Assembly (NCBI RefSeq): GCF_004010195.1
Contig: NC_057714.1
Location: 61,219,868 to 61,283,867, forward strand
DNA: 64,000 bases
From: Chiloscyllium plagiosum
Lineage: Eukaryota
Reading direction: 5' to 3'
Within the stretch, counting starts at the first letter, position 1, and every line of letters begins with the position of its first letter. This document shows, one piece after another, positions 26,141 to 38,850 of the stretch. The position numbers and the translations under genes were made by a program. The notes beneath the pieces were generated by a model. That model made no database searches, had not been told where the DNA came from, and saw nothing but the letters and a program-made list of their open reading frames with translations.

Positions 26141-26334
26141 AGGTTGAAATCTTCGAGGAGAAAGTGAGGTCTGCAGACGCTGGAGATCAAAGCTGAAACT
26201 TTATTGCTGGAACAGCACAGCAGGTCAGGCAGCATCTAGGGAACTGAAGAAGGGCATGTGCCCGAAACGTCGAATCTTCTGTTCCCTAGATGCTGCCTGA
26301 CCTGCTGTGCTGTTCCAGCAATAAAGTTTCAGCT
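26141..26334 (+). mobile_element. Family A hairpin element with intact hammerhead core in the loop
   Basis: 54-bp perfect inverted repeat 26191-26244 and 26281-26334; CTGAAGA-A-GGGC atgt GCCC-GAAAC-GTC at 26244-26271; TSD CTATTAATAGAAGT at 26127 and 26333. Confidence 0.85.
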
Positions 26335-26636
26335 ATTAATAGAAGTGGCATACAAAGAAGTTACACTCAACTATTATTACATAAAATCGGAGGAAGAGTC
26401 ATTTGACTTGACATGTTAACTCTGATTTCACTCCACAGATGCTGGCAGATCTGCTGAGCTTTTTCCAGCAATTTCTGTTTTTGTTTATTATTACATAAAC
26501 ACTGTTTACGGCTTGTGCTGAAGTATTTTAGCTAATTGAGGGCACTACACACATTAGGAAGGATGTTAAGTCATTAGAGAGAATACAAATGGGATGTAAC
26601 GACAGTTGCTATGTGGTTGAATGCCTTAATTAAGTG

Positions 26637-26847
26637 ATGTGGAGGTGCTGGTATTGGATTGGGATGGACAAAGTTAAAAATTACATAACACCAAGTTATT
26701 GTCCAACAGGTATATTTGCAAGTACAAGCTTTTGGAGCACTACTCTGTTGTCAGGTAGCTACCTGACGAAGGAGCAGGACTTCAAAAGCTTGTACTTCTA
26801 AATAAACCTGTTGGACTATAACCTGGTGTTATGTAATTTTTAACTTT
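26637..26847. mobile_element. Family C palindrome
   Basis: Arms 26670-26758 and 26759-26847 with no spacer; CTGACGA at 26763; TSD TTAATTAAGTG at 26626 and 26846. Confidence 0.8.
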
Positions 26848-27546
26848 AATTAAGTGGAGAGACCAAAGAAGCTGGGATTCTTCTTAAAGCAGAAAAGATT
26901 AATAAGGGTTCTGACAGATGTGATCAAATCATGAATAGTCTTATTAAAACAAAAATGAACAACTATTTCCAGTGGCACAAGTGATAGTGACAGGAGAATA
27001 CAGATTTAAGGCAAAAGAAACTATTTTAAAAAACACGACAATTTGTTGTGAACGTGAATACATTGCCTGAAAATGTAGCAGATGTCATTGTAATTTTTGT
27101 TTAATACATGAAGGGAAAATCTATGGGGCTGCAAGAAAAGAGCAGAATAGTGGCCTACAAAAGAGCAAGGAGAGCTATGATGAACTGAATGGCCTTCTTC
27201 TGTGCTATATCATTATCTTTCATAGACTCAGAAAAATATAAATATTGAACAAGTGATACTATAATAAACTATACAATGAACAAAAACTGGGACATTGAGA
27301 TTCTGTGATCTGCAACACATGAAAGTCACAGTATATTTTAATAGACAATGTTTGCATGGATAGGTATTCTTCTGCATTTAGAGTCTTCTGAAAAATAAAC
27401 ACATTGAGAGTTCATCTAGTTACAAGAGTCCACTGCAGGAAATGGTGAACAATGGTGCCCACAGTGAGATTTTGCAAAATTTATAAATCCCTTAAGTTAT
27501 AAAACTGAACCATTTTCAGTTTGAGTGAAACTTAAGAATAACCTAC

Positions 27547-27673
27547 CCACATATTCAGGTGTTCCCATAATTTCTCTAAGCTCTTCATTATTATTGACTT
27601 GTCGTGAAAGGCCAAAGTCAACTATCTTTATATCTCCCAGAGGTGACACACTCGTCAAAAGGATATTTTGTGG
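27547..27673 (-). CDS. STK17A: STK17A coding exon, 127 nt (DFG and activation loop)
   Basis: cctag|[42 protein letters not shown]|gtaggt; not in the ORF track. Confidence 0.95.
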
Positions 27674-27994
27674 CTAGGATAGAAAGAAAAAAAAACATAG
27701 GAATTAGGTAGTGATCAAAAAGAAACACAATAACAAAAAGTAGTTTTAGTTGTGTTTTAACTATTTAAAATGATTTTTATATAATTTTCATTATCAAAGC
27801 CTGACTTGTTACAATATTCAACAACCTAACAAATGTTTAACTGCACACAGACATTATTGGACAATTTAAAGGCAATATAACAAAAAGTTTGAAATTTTAT
27901 AATATACTATACTTACTCCCCACTTGAAGAAAAACAACTCTTACATTAAAAATAATATGGTATAAATATGACTAAATCGACATTAACAGTACCT

Positions 27995-29945
27995 AAAGAA
28001 TAAATAAAATTTACAGCCCAGGAACAGGTCCTTCAGCCCTCCAAGCCTGTGCCAATCCAAATCCACTGTCTAAACCTATCGCCCAATTCCTAAACATCTG
28101 TATCCCTCTGCTCCCCACCTACTCATGCATCAGTCCAGATGCTCCTTAAATGAAACTACCATGCCTGCCTCTACTACCTCTGCTGGCAACACATTCCAGG
28201 CACCTACCATCCTCTGTGTAAAGTACTTGCTGCATATATCCCCCTTTCACCTCTTACCTTGAACGTGTGACCTCTTGTTATTGAATCCCTCACCCTGGGA
28301 AAAAGCTTATGTCTATCCACCCTGCCTATACTCTTCATGATTTTGTGGACCTCAATCAGGTACCCCCCTCGATCTCCTTTTTTCTATTGAAAACAATCCT
28401 AACCTACTCAACATCTCTTCATAGCTAGCACCTTCCATACCAGGCAATATCCTCGTAAACCTTCTCTGCACCCTCTTCAAAGCATCCACATCCTTTTGGT
28501 AATGTGGCGACCAGAACTGTACACAGTATTCTAATTGTGGCTGAACCAAAGTCTTGTACAATTTTAATGTGACCTGCCAGCTCTTATACTCAATACCCCA
28601 TCTGATGAAGACAAGCATACCATATTCCTTCTTCATCACTCCATCCAGCTGTTCAGTCACCTTCAGAGTACAATGGACCTGAACTCCCAGATCTCTTTGC
28701 TCATCAACTTTTCCCAAGGCTCTTCTATTTATAGTATAGTTCACTCTAGAATTAGACTTCCCAAAATGCATCACCTCACTTTTGCCTGGATTGAACTCCA
28801 TCTGCCACTTCTCCACCCAGCTGTCCAGTCTATTGTCCTGTATTCTTCGACAGTCCCCTATACTTTCTGCTACTCCAACAATCTTCATGTCATCTGCAAA
28901 CTTACTGATCAGACTAACAATGCCCCCCTTCTAGATCATTTATGTATATCACAAACAACAGTGGCCCCAGCACCGATACCTGTGGAACACCACGAGTCAC
29001 CCTTCTCCATTTCAAGAAACTCCCTTCAACATACTACTCTCTGTATCCTATTGCTCAACTAGTTCTTTATCCACCTAGCTAGAACATCCTGCACACCATG
29101 TGACTTCACTTTCTCCATTAGTTTACCATGGGGAGCCTTATCAAACACCTTACTAAAGTCCATGTATATGACATCTACAGCCCTTCCTATCAACTTGGTC
29201 ACTTCCTCGAAGAACTCTTAAGTTGGTAAGATCCGCACGCATAAAACCATGTTGCCTATCATTGATAAGCCCATTCTTTTCCAAATAAAAATAGATTTTA
29301 TCCCTCAGTACCTTCTCCAGCAACTTTCCCACCACTGGCATCAGGCTCACTGGTCTGTAGTTACCTGGAATATCCCTACTACCCTTCCTGAACAGGGGGA
29401 CAACATGAGCAACCCTGCAGTCCTCCCGCACTTCACTTGTGTTTAAGGATGCTACAAAGATCTGTCAGGGCCCCAGCTATTTCATCTCTCGCCTCCCTCA
29501 GCAACCAGTCCTGGAGATTTGTCCACCTTAATATCCTTTAGCCTACCCAACACATCTTCCCTCCTTATGTCAACATGATCCAGAGTAAACAAACATTCAT
29601 CATGTCCCTGTCCTCAGTAAACACTGATGCAAAGTAATCATTGAGAATTTCACTCATTTTCTCAGGTTTGACACACAACCTTCCCTCCTTATCTTTGATG
29701 CACCAACTCTTTCTCTAATTACCACTTGCTTCTTATATATGAATAAAAGGCTTTGGGATTCTTCTTAATTCTGCTCATTAAAGTTATTTCATGACCCCTT
29801 TTAGCCCGCTTGATTCCTTGTTTAAGATTGGTCCTACTGTCCCAATATTCCTCCAGGGCCCGTTCTATCCTTAGCTACCTGGACCCTTTTCCTCTTGGCT
29901 ACTCGCACAATTTCTCCTATCATCCACGGTTCATGAATCTTACCT
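27995..29945 (-). mobile_element. CR1 RT and 3' end
   Basis: 178-aa ORF (EKWQMEFNPGKSEVMHFG ... LEYCVQFWSP); PGNYRPVSL. Confidence 0.9.
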
Positions 29946-30499
29946 GAGAGTTAATAGATTGGATTTCAATTTGTTGTTGCTGTAATCATAACTAAAATAT
30001 ATATGGTCAAGTTTTCAGAGTAATTTACTTGTGAAAAAATGTTTTACCTCAACGCCATACAGGTTTAGCAAACATACAATCATGACATGATATAATGAAA
30101 GGAGCAATTTCCTCTTTTTAACTTACATAACTTCAATGAACCTGACTTCTTTCTCTTTCTGTCTAAGTCTTTCTCCTATTTCCATTGGCTTGACTCAGCT
30201 ATCTCAGCATTACTAACTGTCAAAACTAAATGTTGATTACTAATCCCAATCAGTGATTGAGACTGTGACATTGATTAATTTGTCAAATCAAAAACCCTGA
30301 CTCGCTTTACTAATAGACAACCTGCTACTGGCAGACTTCCAGTTTATTTGCAACTTTGACATTTTTTTCCTGACTTTCTCTTGGAAACGTAGGGGACATT
30401 TGGACGGTGAGGTTCATCATCCTTTCCTTCACTTAGATTTCCTCATTCAAGCAGATGATCCATGTGACAATGATGCACACACTCTGCAACTTTCATTAG

Positions 30500-30856
30500 A
30501 TCATAAAATTATGGAATTTCTACAATGTGAAAGCAGGCCGTTTGGCCTGAGTCCACACTGACCCTCCAAGCATCCCATGCAGACCCACTCCATATCCTAT
30601 TCCTGTAACCTGCATTTTCAATGGCTAACCAACTAGCCTGCAGATGCCTGAATATTATGGGTAATTTAGCTTTGGCCAATCCACCTAACCTGCACATTTT
30701 TGGACAGAGGTGAAACCAGAGCACCCGGAGGAATGCCATGCAGACATGAGGAGAATGTGCAAACTCCACACAGACAATTGCCAGAGGATAGAATTAAACC
30801 TGGGTCTCTGGCATTATGAGACAACAGTGCTAACCACTGAGCCACTGTGCTGCCGT
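30500..30856 (-). mobile_element. HE1-like SINE
   Basis: Reverse complement of tRNA head plus V-domain. Confidence 0.8.
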
Positions 30857-31379
30857 AAGATATATAAATACACTCTGCCTCTTGCAGTAACGTCAATCAC
30901 ACATTCTTTTCACCATGATCTTCTGGCCACCATCAAGTGCCAAGCTTGATGTATCTTAATGCATTTCACTTTGTCTTGCTTTTCTTTGGCTTTGTTACTG
31001 ATATCAAGCTTAAGTAAACTTGATCCTACCAGCATTTTTCAACACAAATTCAAATGTTGAACAACTCATTGTACAACCATGGGGGTTATCTTGCAAGAGA
31101 AGAGAAAATTGACTAACCTCTATTGACAGAAAATATACAAATTACTGTCTGCCTCATCACCTAGCATATACCCTTGTAAAGATCTTTTCACAATCTGTAG
31201 CCTTCCTTCCAGACAACGTTGAGATGTGTGATGAGTTTTCGTTTCAGTTTGTGAAGGTAACTATTTCCAAAAAGAGGTCAGGAAGACATTGAATAAAGTG
31301 ACCTAAATACATCATATCAAGAAAGCATGTGATTTAGCAAGTGCCTAGCCAGATACTTGTGACGTTGATACTTCCAAGG

Positions 31380-31680
31380 AACAAGAATAGGCCACTTGGC
31401 CCTTCAAGCCTACTCCACCAATCAATAACATCATGATTGATTACTTTTAACTTCAACTCTACATTCTTGCATATCTTGAGAATGCATTAGCCCCTTGGTA
31501 ATCAAGATTCTATCTCCTACTGTCTTAAAGATATTTAAAAACTCTGCATCTTTATGATTCCTCATTTTTTGAGGCAGGGAATTCAAAAGGCTCTCAACCC
31601 TCAAAAAGAAAGAAATGTTTCCTCATCTGTCTTAAATGGGCAATCCTTATTTCTCGACTATGACCCCTAGTTCTAGATCT
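31380..31680 (-). mobile_element. CR1 3' fragment
   Basis: Degenerate CR1 tail (tatgacccctagttctagat). Confidence 0.55.
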
Positions 31681-32115
31681 GAATTTCTCAGCTGAAAATC
31701 CTTCTCTTCAATACCCTTTAAAGGAATTTATGAAAATCTTTTTTTTAAAGCACAAGGTGGAAATATGGAGCAGATAATTTCAATTTCTTTAGAACACTTG
31801 AAGTGTTTACTCTGTTTATGATGTACAAAAAAAATTGCAATGACGGTAGATTAATTTATGTTGATCTCAGAAGAATTAGGATTCACTTTCCTGCTGACAG
31901 ATGAAATGTTTTTCAGTTCAGCAGAACCATTTCACCCTCGCAGAAGGGCAGATCAGTTCGGAAAGTCTCCAAGTTGTGAGAGTTTGTATAAACTTTTGCA
32001 AGTGGTCAGAACTGAAAAGGTATTTAGTTTGTTAGAATTCAAAGGAGCTCCAAGGCTATCAGAACTTAAGTCTTAAAACTATTTCAGTGGTCCAAAAATG
32101 AAATCTGTAGAGACT

Positions 32116-32425
32116 GGGCAGCACGGTGGCACAGTGGTTAGCACTGCTGCCTCACAGCGCCAGAGACCCGGGTTCAATTCCCGCCTCAGGCGACTGACTG
32201 TGTGGAGTTTGCACGTTCTCCCCGTGTCTGCGTGGGTTTCCTCCGGGTGCTCCGGTTTCCTCCCACAGTCCAAAGATGTGCAGGTCAGGTAAATTGGCCA
32301 TGTTAAATTGCCTGTAGTGTTAGGTAAGGGGTAAATGTCGAGGGTATGGGTGGGTTACGCTTCGGCGGGTTGGTGTGGACTTGTTGGGCCGAAGGGCCTG
32401 TTTCCACACTGTAATGTAATGTAAA
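32116..32425 (+). mobile_element. HE1-like SINE, near intact
   Basis: GGGCAGCACGGTGGCACAGTGGTTAGCACTGCTGCCTCACAGCGCCAGAGACCCGGGTTCAATTCC; (TGTAA)n tail. Confidence 0.92.
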
Positions 32426-32920
32426 ATGTAAAATTAATTAGAAATTAAAGCATTAGGATTGAAATGGTGTTTCACTGGGATTCAGTACCTGAAAAAGACA
32501 ACCCATATTTTTGCTGTTTATGGTAAGATATTTTCATATGAATGAATATATACATTAAATATATAGTTTGTGTATGCTTATGTAATAAACTTTTGTTCTT
32601 GTGTCAAAAGAACATTTGCAGCCTCGTGTGAATATATTCAAAGACTAACCACCATGGATTCTATCTGCAAAAACTAAACTTACATCTATCACATCAGATT
32701 GGTCTCATATTACCCAAAGCTGAGTTCATAATAGGTGCACTCAATAACTTCTCACCAGCTCTTCAAATTCTTGATCTATTTTTGGATCTACCAAAAAATA
32801 ACATCTTGCTTTTGCTTTTATGCAGAGATATAGGCTACTGCCCAACTCTAATTGCCCAAGTTGTGGAGACACTCGCAGTGCTGTTAGGCAGGAATTCACA
32901 GGATGTTGGGCCAATAGTGT

Positions 32921-33473
32921 CAGAGTCATAGAGATGTACAGCATGGAAACAGACCCTTCGGTCCAACCCGTCCATGCCGACCAGATATCCTAACCCAATC
33001 TAGTCCCACCTGCCAGCACCCGGCACTTATCCCTCCAAACCCTTCCTATTCATATACCCATCCAAATGCCTCTTAAATGTTGCAATTGTACCAGCCTCCA
33101 CCACATCCTCTGGCAGCTCATTCCATACACGTACCACCCACTGCGTGAAAAAGTTGCCCCTGAGGTCTCTTTTATATCTTTCCCCTCTCACCCTAAACCT
33201 ATGCCCTCTAGTTCTGGACTCCCTGACCTCAGGGAAAAGACTTTGCCTATTTACCCTATCCATGCCCCTCATAATTTTGTAAACCTCTATAGGTTCACCC
33301 CTCAGCCTCTGACGCTCCAGGGAAAACAGCCCCAGCCTATTCAGCCTCTCCCTGTAGCTCAGATCCTCCAACCCTGGCAACATCCTTGTAAATCTTTTCT
33401 GAACCCTTTCAAGTTTCACAACATCTTTCCGATAGGAAGGAGACCAGAAATGCATGCAATATTCCAACAGTGG
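32921..33473 (-). mobile_element. Young 5'-truncated CR1
   Basis: 172-aa ORF ending FFTQWVVRVWNELPEDVVEAGTIATFKRHLDGYM. Confidence 0.92.
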
Positions 33474-34210
33474 TCTGAAGGAATGAAGATATACTTCCAG
33501 GTCAAGATGATGTGTAGCTGGACGGAAACTTGCAGGGGATAACATTTACGTGCATGTGCTACCTTTAACCTTTGAGATACCCATAACCAATGACACGCAA
33601 TTTCCTAAGTGGACAATCATACTAGTTAGTGAATGATTGCTGAATATAACCACGATGGAAGGTGATGTTGGAGGAGCCTTGGTGAGTTACTGCAGTGTAC
33701 CCTGTAAATGATACAAACTGCTGCCACTGTGCAATGATAGTGAAGACAGCAGATGCCAGTCAAGACAGATAATTCGTCCCAGTTGGTATCAAAGTTACTG
33801 AAGTGTTGCAGCAACTCCACCCATCAAGACAACTGGAGAGTATTCCATTGAACTCCCGACTTGTTTCTTCTGAATGGTGGATAGGAACAAAATGATATCC
33901 AGCATCTGCAGTATTTTGTTTCTATAATAAGATGGTGGACCTTTCTTGGGATAACTGGAGTTGCTTTGCTTGCCACAGAATACCTACTCTCTGACCTACA
34001 TTTGTAGCCACTGTATTTCTATGGCTAACCCAATTCCATTTCTGGTCAATGCAATTCCCCAGGATATTGATAGTGAGGGATTCAGCAATGGTATTCTCCA
34101 GCATATTGATAGTCAGGGATTCAGCAATGGTAATTCCATTGAACATTAAAAGGTGATGGTTAACTTCTCTCATTCTCTAAGACTCATGGAGCATGTTTGG
34201 TACTTGCTAC
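33474..34210 (-). mobile_element. Decayed CR1/L2-group LINE fragment
   Basis: FNGITIAESLTINILG..IDQKWNWVSH; internal 39-bp tandem duplication at about 34064-34135. Confidence 0.6.
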
Positions 34211-35227
34211 TTATCAGCCTAATCGTGGATGTTGGATGTTTGAACTCTTCTTTGTTCAATTCTCACATGAAGCCTTCAGAGGCATTTTCCAATTACACAT
34301 TGTGCTCTTCTCACTGTGTACCTGAACTTGGTGTGAAGATGGAGCAATCTTTCCAACTGCTCAAAATATCCTCAGTATTAACTTCAGAGGTAGTAAACAG
34401 TGTGCCATAATGTTCTTCAGTTCTTAATTTAAAAAATGGAATCTAAAAAAAGAATTACATCCATCTTCATTAGCTTTCTGTTGTTTATTGCACTGAGTAA
34501 GAATGACAAGTACTCACCTGCAGGCAGCCATTATTCAACAACTTTATTTACACCTCCCAGAGAGAGCGAGAAAGGGCAACACAACAAAATGTTAAGCTGT
34601 TACAATGGATGTTTTAAGCAAAAATTAACTGAAAATTTATAGCAAGTTTAACTTTCTAGTGTCCCCACAATTCACGAAACGTTAGCTGTCTTTTTTTTTG
34701 TGTGGGGAAAAGCAGACTGAATAGACTACCAAAGCTGGTCCCTTCACATGTTATCACTTTATTCAGTGACCGCATGTCGCAAGGACATATGGAAGCATTA
34801 CTGACTAAATGCTCATTGACATCACTGTTAAATTAAAACATCTCAATCTCAATTTCTCCCAAAATGTATTTAGAAAGGGTTCCTTCTCATCTCTGCCCAG
34901 CACCACCCCCCCCGCCACCAATTCAAATTGAAAAGTTCTGGATATTCATTGGCTTGAATTAGAACCAACGCAAACAGGATAAGCTCATGAGACTTGTCAT
35001 GGATTTATTTGACAGAACCCAGATTAAAGTGCCTGGACCGAAGATAATGACTGTGCTTTACATCGATAAATAGGGGAAACAGATTTTCTGAAGTCAAAAC
35101 TGTAACTCATTTTTTTAGTGAGGTCATGTCTGGACTGTTGATAGAAAGTAATTCAAATCCTAGTCAGTGAACATGAGCAACCATTATTATGGGTGTACAC
35201 TATATACAAGAGATGATAAGAGCAGAC

Positions 35228-35541
35228 ATTAGATTACTTAGTGTGGAAACAGGCCCTTTGGCCCAACAAGTCCACACTGACCTGCCGAAGCGCAACCCAC
35301 CCAGACCCATACCCCTACATTTACCCCTGCACCTAACACTACAGGCAATTTAACATGGCCAATTCACCTAACCTGCACATTTTTGGACTGTGGGAGGAAA
35401 CTAGAGCACCCGGAGGAAACCCACGCAGACACGGGGAGAATGTGCAAACTCCACACAGCCAGTTGCCCGAGGCGGGAATTGAACCTGGGTCTCTGGCGCT
35501 GTGAGGCAGCAGTACTAACCACTGTGCCACCGTGCTGCCCA
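35228..35541 (-). mobile_element. HE1-like SINE, near intact
   Basis: Reverse-complement match to 32116-32425. Confidence 0.9.
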
Positions 35542-36147
35542 CATGTCTAGAAACCTATGTTCTTAGATCCCAGTGTCATCTTACGATAACATACATGCTC
35601 AGGTTTCTTTTATTAGTGAGATATAGTTAATGTTAAACTCCACATGACTGTAGGGGCTTCATGATGATTGACACATTGAGTGACCAATATCAGTGTGTGC
35701 AGGTGGGGCAGTAGGACACTGAGATAATATTGCCAGAAAATGTACACGTAGAATTGAAACTCTCTGAAGATTGTTTTCTCATCTGTCTACCAATATCATT
35801 GTAAAATTATTCTCTCTTTTAAGGAATATATCTCCACCTTTCCTTTCAAGATTGACACAGATCAGTAGATTAACTTCAAGATGGAACCACTTACAGTTTA
35901 AAACCGAGAAATGGCTGCACAGTCCTTTCTCCCACGTTGACTTTGTTTAAAGCCTTTTCCTGCATTTATTTAAAAATGGACTTTTACTCACCAGCAATTT
36001 TAGGCTGTGTTTGGAATTTTAATGATGGCAGGAGCCATTCAAAAAAAAATATTTGGAGAGTGATAGTCCATAAAAGGATTACAGGCATCACGCTCCATTA
36101 AGGAGATAATTAATTAGGCATAGCCGGAGGGTAACCACCCCACAATG

Positions 36148-36428
36148 TACGGTGGCACAGTGGTCAGCACTGGTGCTGTGAGCCAGATTTAATTCCACCC
36201 TCTGGGGACTGTGCAAACTCCATACAGTCTACCGATGTGCTGGTTAGGTGGTTTGGCCATGCTAAATTGCCCATAGCATGGAAGGACATGCAGGTTAGCT
36301 GGGTTTGCCATGGGTAATGCAGGGTTACTGGGATAGGGTAAGGGGGGAGGGGGGGGGGTGGGATGCTCGTCGGACGGTCAGTGTGGACTCAATAGTCTGC
36401 TTCCACACTATACGGATTCTATGATTCA
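36148..36428 (+). mobile_element. HE1-like SINE, rearranged
   Basis: tRNA head and 3' half present; V-domain segment is inverted (gtgcaaactccatacagtc). Confidence 0.7.
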
Positions 36429-37339
36429 CAGAATACAATAAGGAAACAGGCCTGTGTAAACTACCACAGCCACTAAGGGGTTTGAATCTGCACTATTAGC
36501 TTTATTCTGCATCACACTGTAGTCATCTAGCTAACTAACCACAATACACAATATCTATTATATTTAAAATCTACTTTGTTTTGAAAACAATAGTCTTGCA
36601 AATATTAAATATTTCTGGACCCAGATTCAATTGCTTCTTGTAAATTATATAAGAATTTCTTCATGAATGACAGATTTTGCTTTCTAGTGCTGGCTTGCTC
36701 TCCTCCTTCCTCCAAGTTTAGTTTTCTCTGTCTACCTGACTGCACTGCACTAAATTACATCATTGGCTAAGCTAGCCATAGATACAGAAAGGTTTTAGTG
36801 AATCTAAAAGTCGGTCATTTAGTGCAGGTGAGCAGAGGGGGCAATAAGGCTGGAGGATGGAGAAAGTGATTGAAGACGTATTAATGTCCATTTCTCACTT
36901 CCAAGCTTGGAAATTTCAAAGACTTGGAAGATAAAATCCAAGTAATTAAATGCTGAAGTTCTCTCCATTTAAACATGCGAGATGGGCTAAAAAGGGGAGG
37001 GCTGTCCGCTCAGAGCTGAAAAAAAATTCAAACATTCTGACATTCGAGATACCAGGACACTTGAAGCTGACACTTGGTTCTGTGTGCAGATGTAGCTGGG
37101 TGGCAATAAGTAGTAGATTGGTTCATGATCTATTGACCAGTTATTGATGACAAAAGCTTTTTAACCTGCCAACAAACATGTGATCAGTTCTCGGGTAACA
37201 GAACAGCTTGGGGCAGTGAGCAAGTTAGAGAGGTATATTGAGAAGTGGCTTCTCTATACTCAAAAACTTACTTTAAACTTGGAAAAACAAGTTTCCTTCC
37301 TTCAGCCATTGCAGAGCTGTGGCATTTAACCAATAAGGC

Positions 37340-38850
37340 AGAGATAAGGTCAATATAACGTACGTGGAAGCATTGGGTACTTTGAAATGCAGTAAAGTAG
37401 ACAAGTCACAAAGGCCAGACAGGATCTATCCCAGGGTACTCTGAGAAGCAAGGAAGGAAATAGATGTGGATTAATAGATACCTTTGCATCCACTTTGGCC
37501 TCAAGCAATGTTCCAGAGGACTGGAGAATGGCTAGTGTTGTTCCTTTGTTTAAGAAGGGAGACAGAGGTAATCCAGGTAATTACAGGCCAGTGAGCCTGA
37601 TGTCAGGATGCTGTTGGAGAAGATACTGGGAAACAGGATTTATTCTCATTTGGAAGCAAATGGACTTGTTAGTGATAGGCAGCATGGGTTTGTGCAGGGA
37701 AGGTCACATCTCACCAAATTGAGGAGATAACTAGAATGATTGAGGGAAGGACAGTGGATGTTGTCTACATGGACTTCAGTAAGACATTTCATAAGGTATC
37801 TCCTGGCAGGCTGATACAAAAAGGTAGAGTCTCATCGGATGCAGGGCGTGCTGGCTAAATGGGTACAGAAGTGGTTTGGTCATAAAAGACAGAGAATGGC
37901 AGTGGAAGGGTGCTTTTCAGAATGGAGATCAGTGATTAGTGGTGTTCCGCAGGGATCAGTGCTGGAACCTTTGTTGTGACCTGGAGGAAAATGTAGGTGG
38001 TCTGATTAGTAAGTTTAAGGATACGTACAACAAGACATAAATTTATTAAAGATTTGAGCAAAGAAACAGATGCAGTTTAATCCGGACTAATGCGAGGTGA
38101 TGCATTTTTGAAGATCAAATTCAGGTGCGACTTATACAAGAAATGGTAGAATGCTTAGGAACATTGCTGTAGAGAGGGTCTGGTCATACAGGTTTAACCA
38201 GATCCCTGAAAAATGGTAACACAGGTGGATAAGGTGGTCAAGAAGGCACACAGCACACTGGTCTTCATCGGCCAGGGCATCGAATATAAAAATTTGCAAA
38301 TTATGTTATAGCTGTATAAAACTTTAGCTAGGCCTCATTTGGGACATTGCATGCAGTTCTGGTTGCCACACGATGGAGGCTTTGGAAAGAGTGCATAGAA
38401 GGTTTACCAGGATGTTGCCAGGTTTGGAAGATTTTATTAGGACGGAAGGTTGGATAAACTAGAATTGTTTTTATTAGAAAGACAGAAGCTGAGGTGTGAT
38501 CTGATAGAGGTATACAAAATTATGAGAGGTTAAGATAGGGTGGATAGTCAGAGGCTTTTTCCCCAGGTGGAAAGGTCAACTACAAGAGGTCACAGGTTCT
38601 AGGAGAAAAATGCAGGGAAAGGTTTTGACATGGAGGGGGTGAGTGCCTGGAATGCATTGCCAGTGGAGGTGGTGGAAGCAGGCACGTTAACAATGTTTAA
38701 GGCATATCTTGATAGACACATGAACAGGAAGTGAGCAGAGAGAAAGTAACTGCATATGGGCAAGAAGTATCAGGTTTAAATAAGGACTAGGAATTGGTAC
38801 AAGTTTAGTGACCGAAGGGCTTGATCCTTTGCTGTGTTGTACGTATTCTT
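37340..38850 (+). mobile_element. CR1 RT and 3' end
   Basis: VPEDWRMASVVPLFKKGDRGNPGNYRPVSL; GVPQGSVL. Confidence 0.88.

Larger units (their letters stand above)
25860..27210 (+). mobile_element. Old CR1 3' region hosting three hairpin-family insertions
   Basis: Degenerate FNAENCKVIHF motif and CR1 tail. Confidence 0.6.

Noticed and set aside
32116-32190. tRNA gene
   Set aside because: The tRNA-like head continues into a V-domain and LINE tail, so it is a SINE
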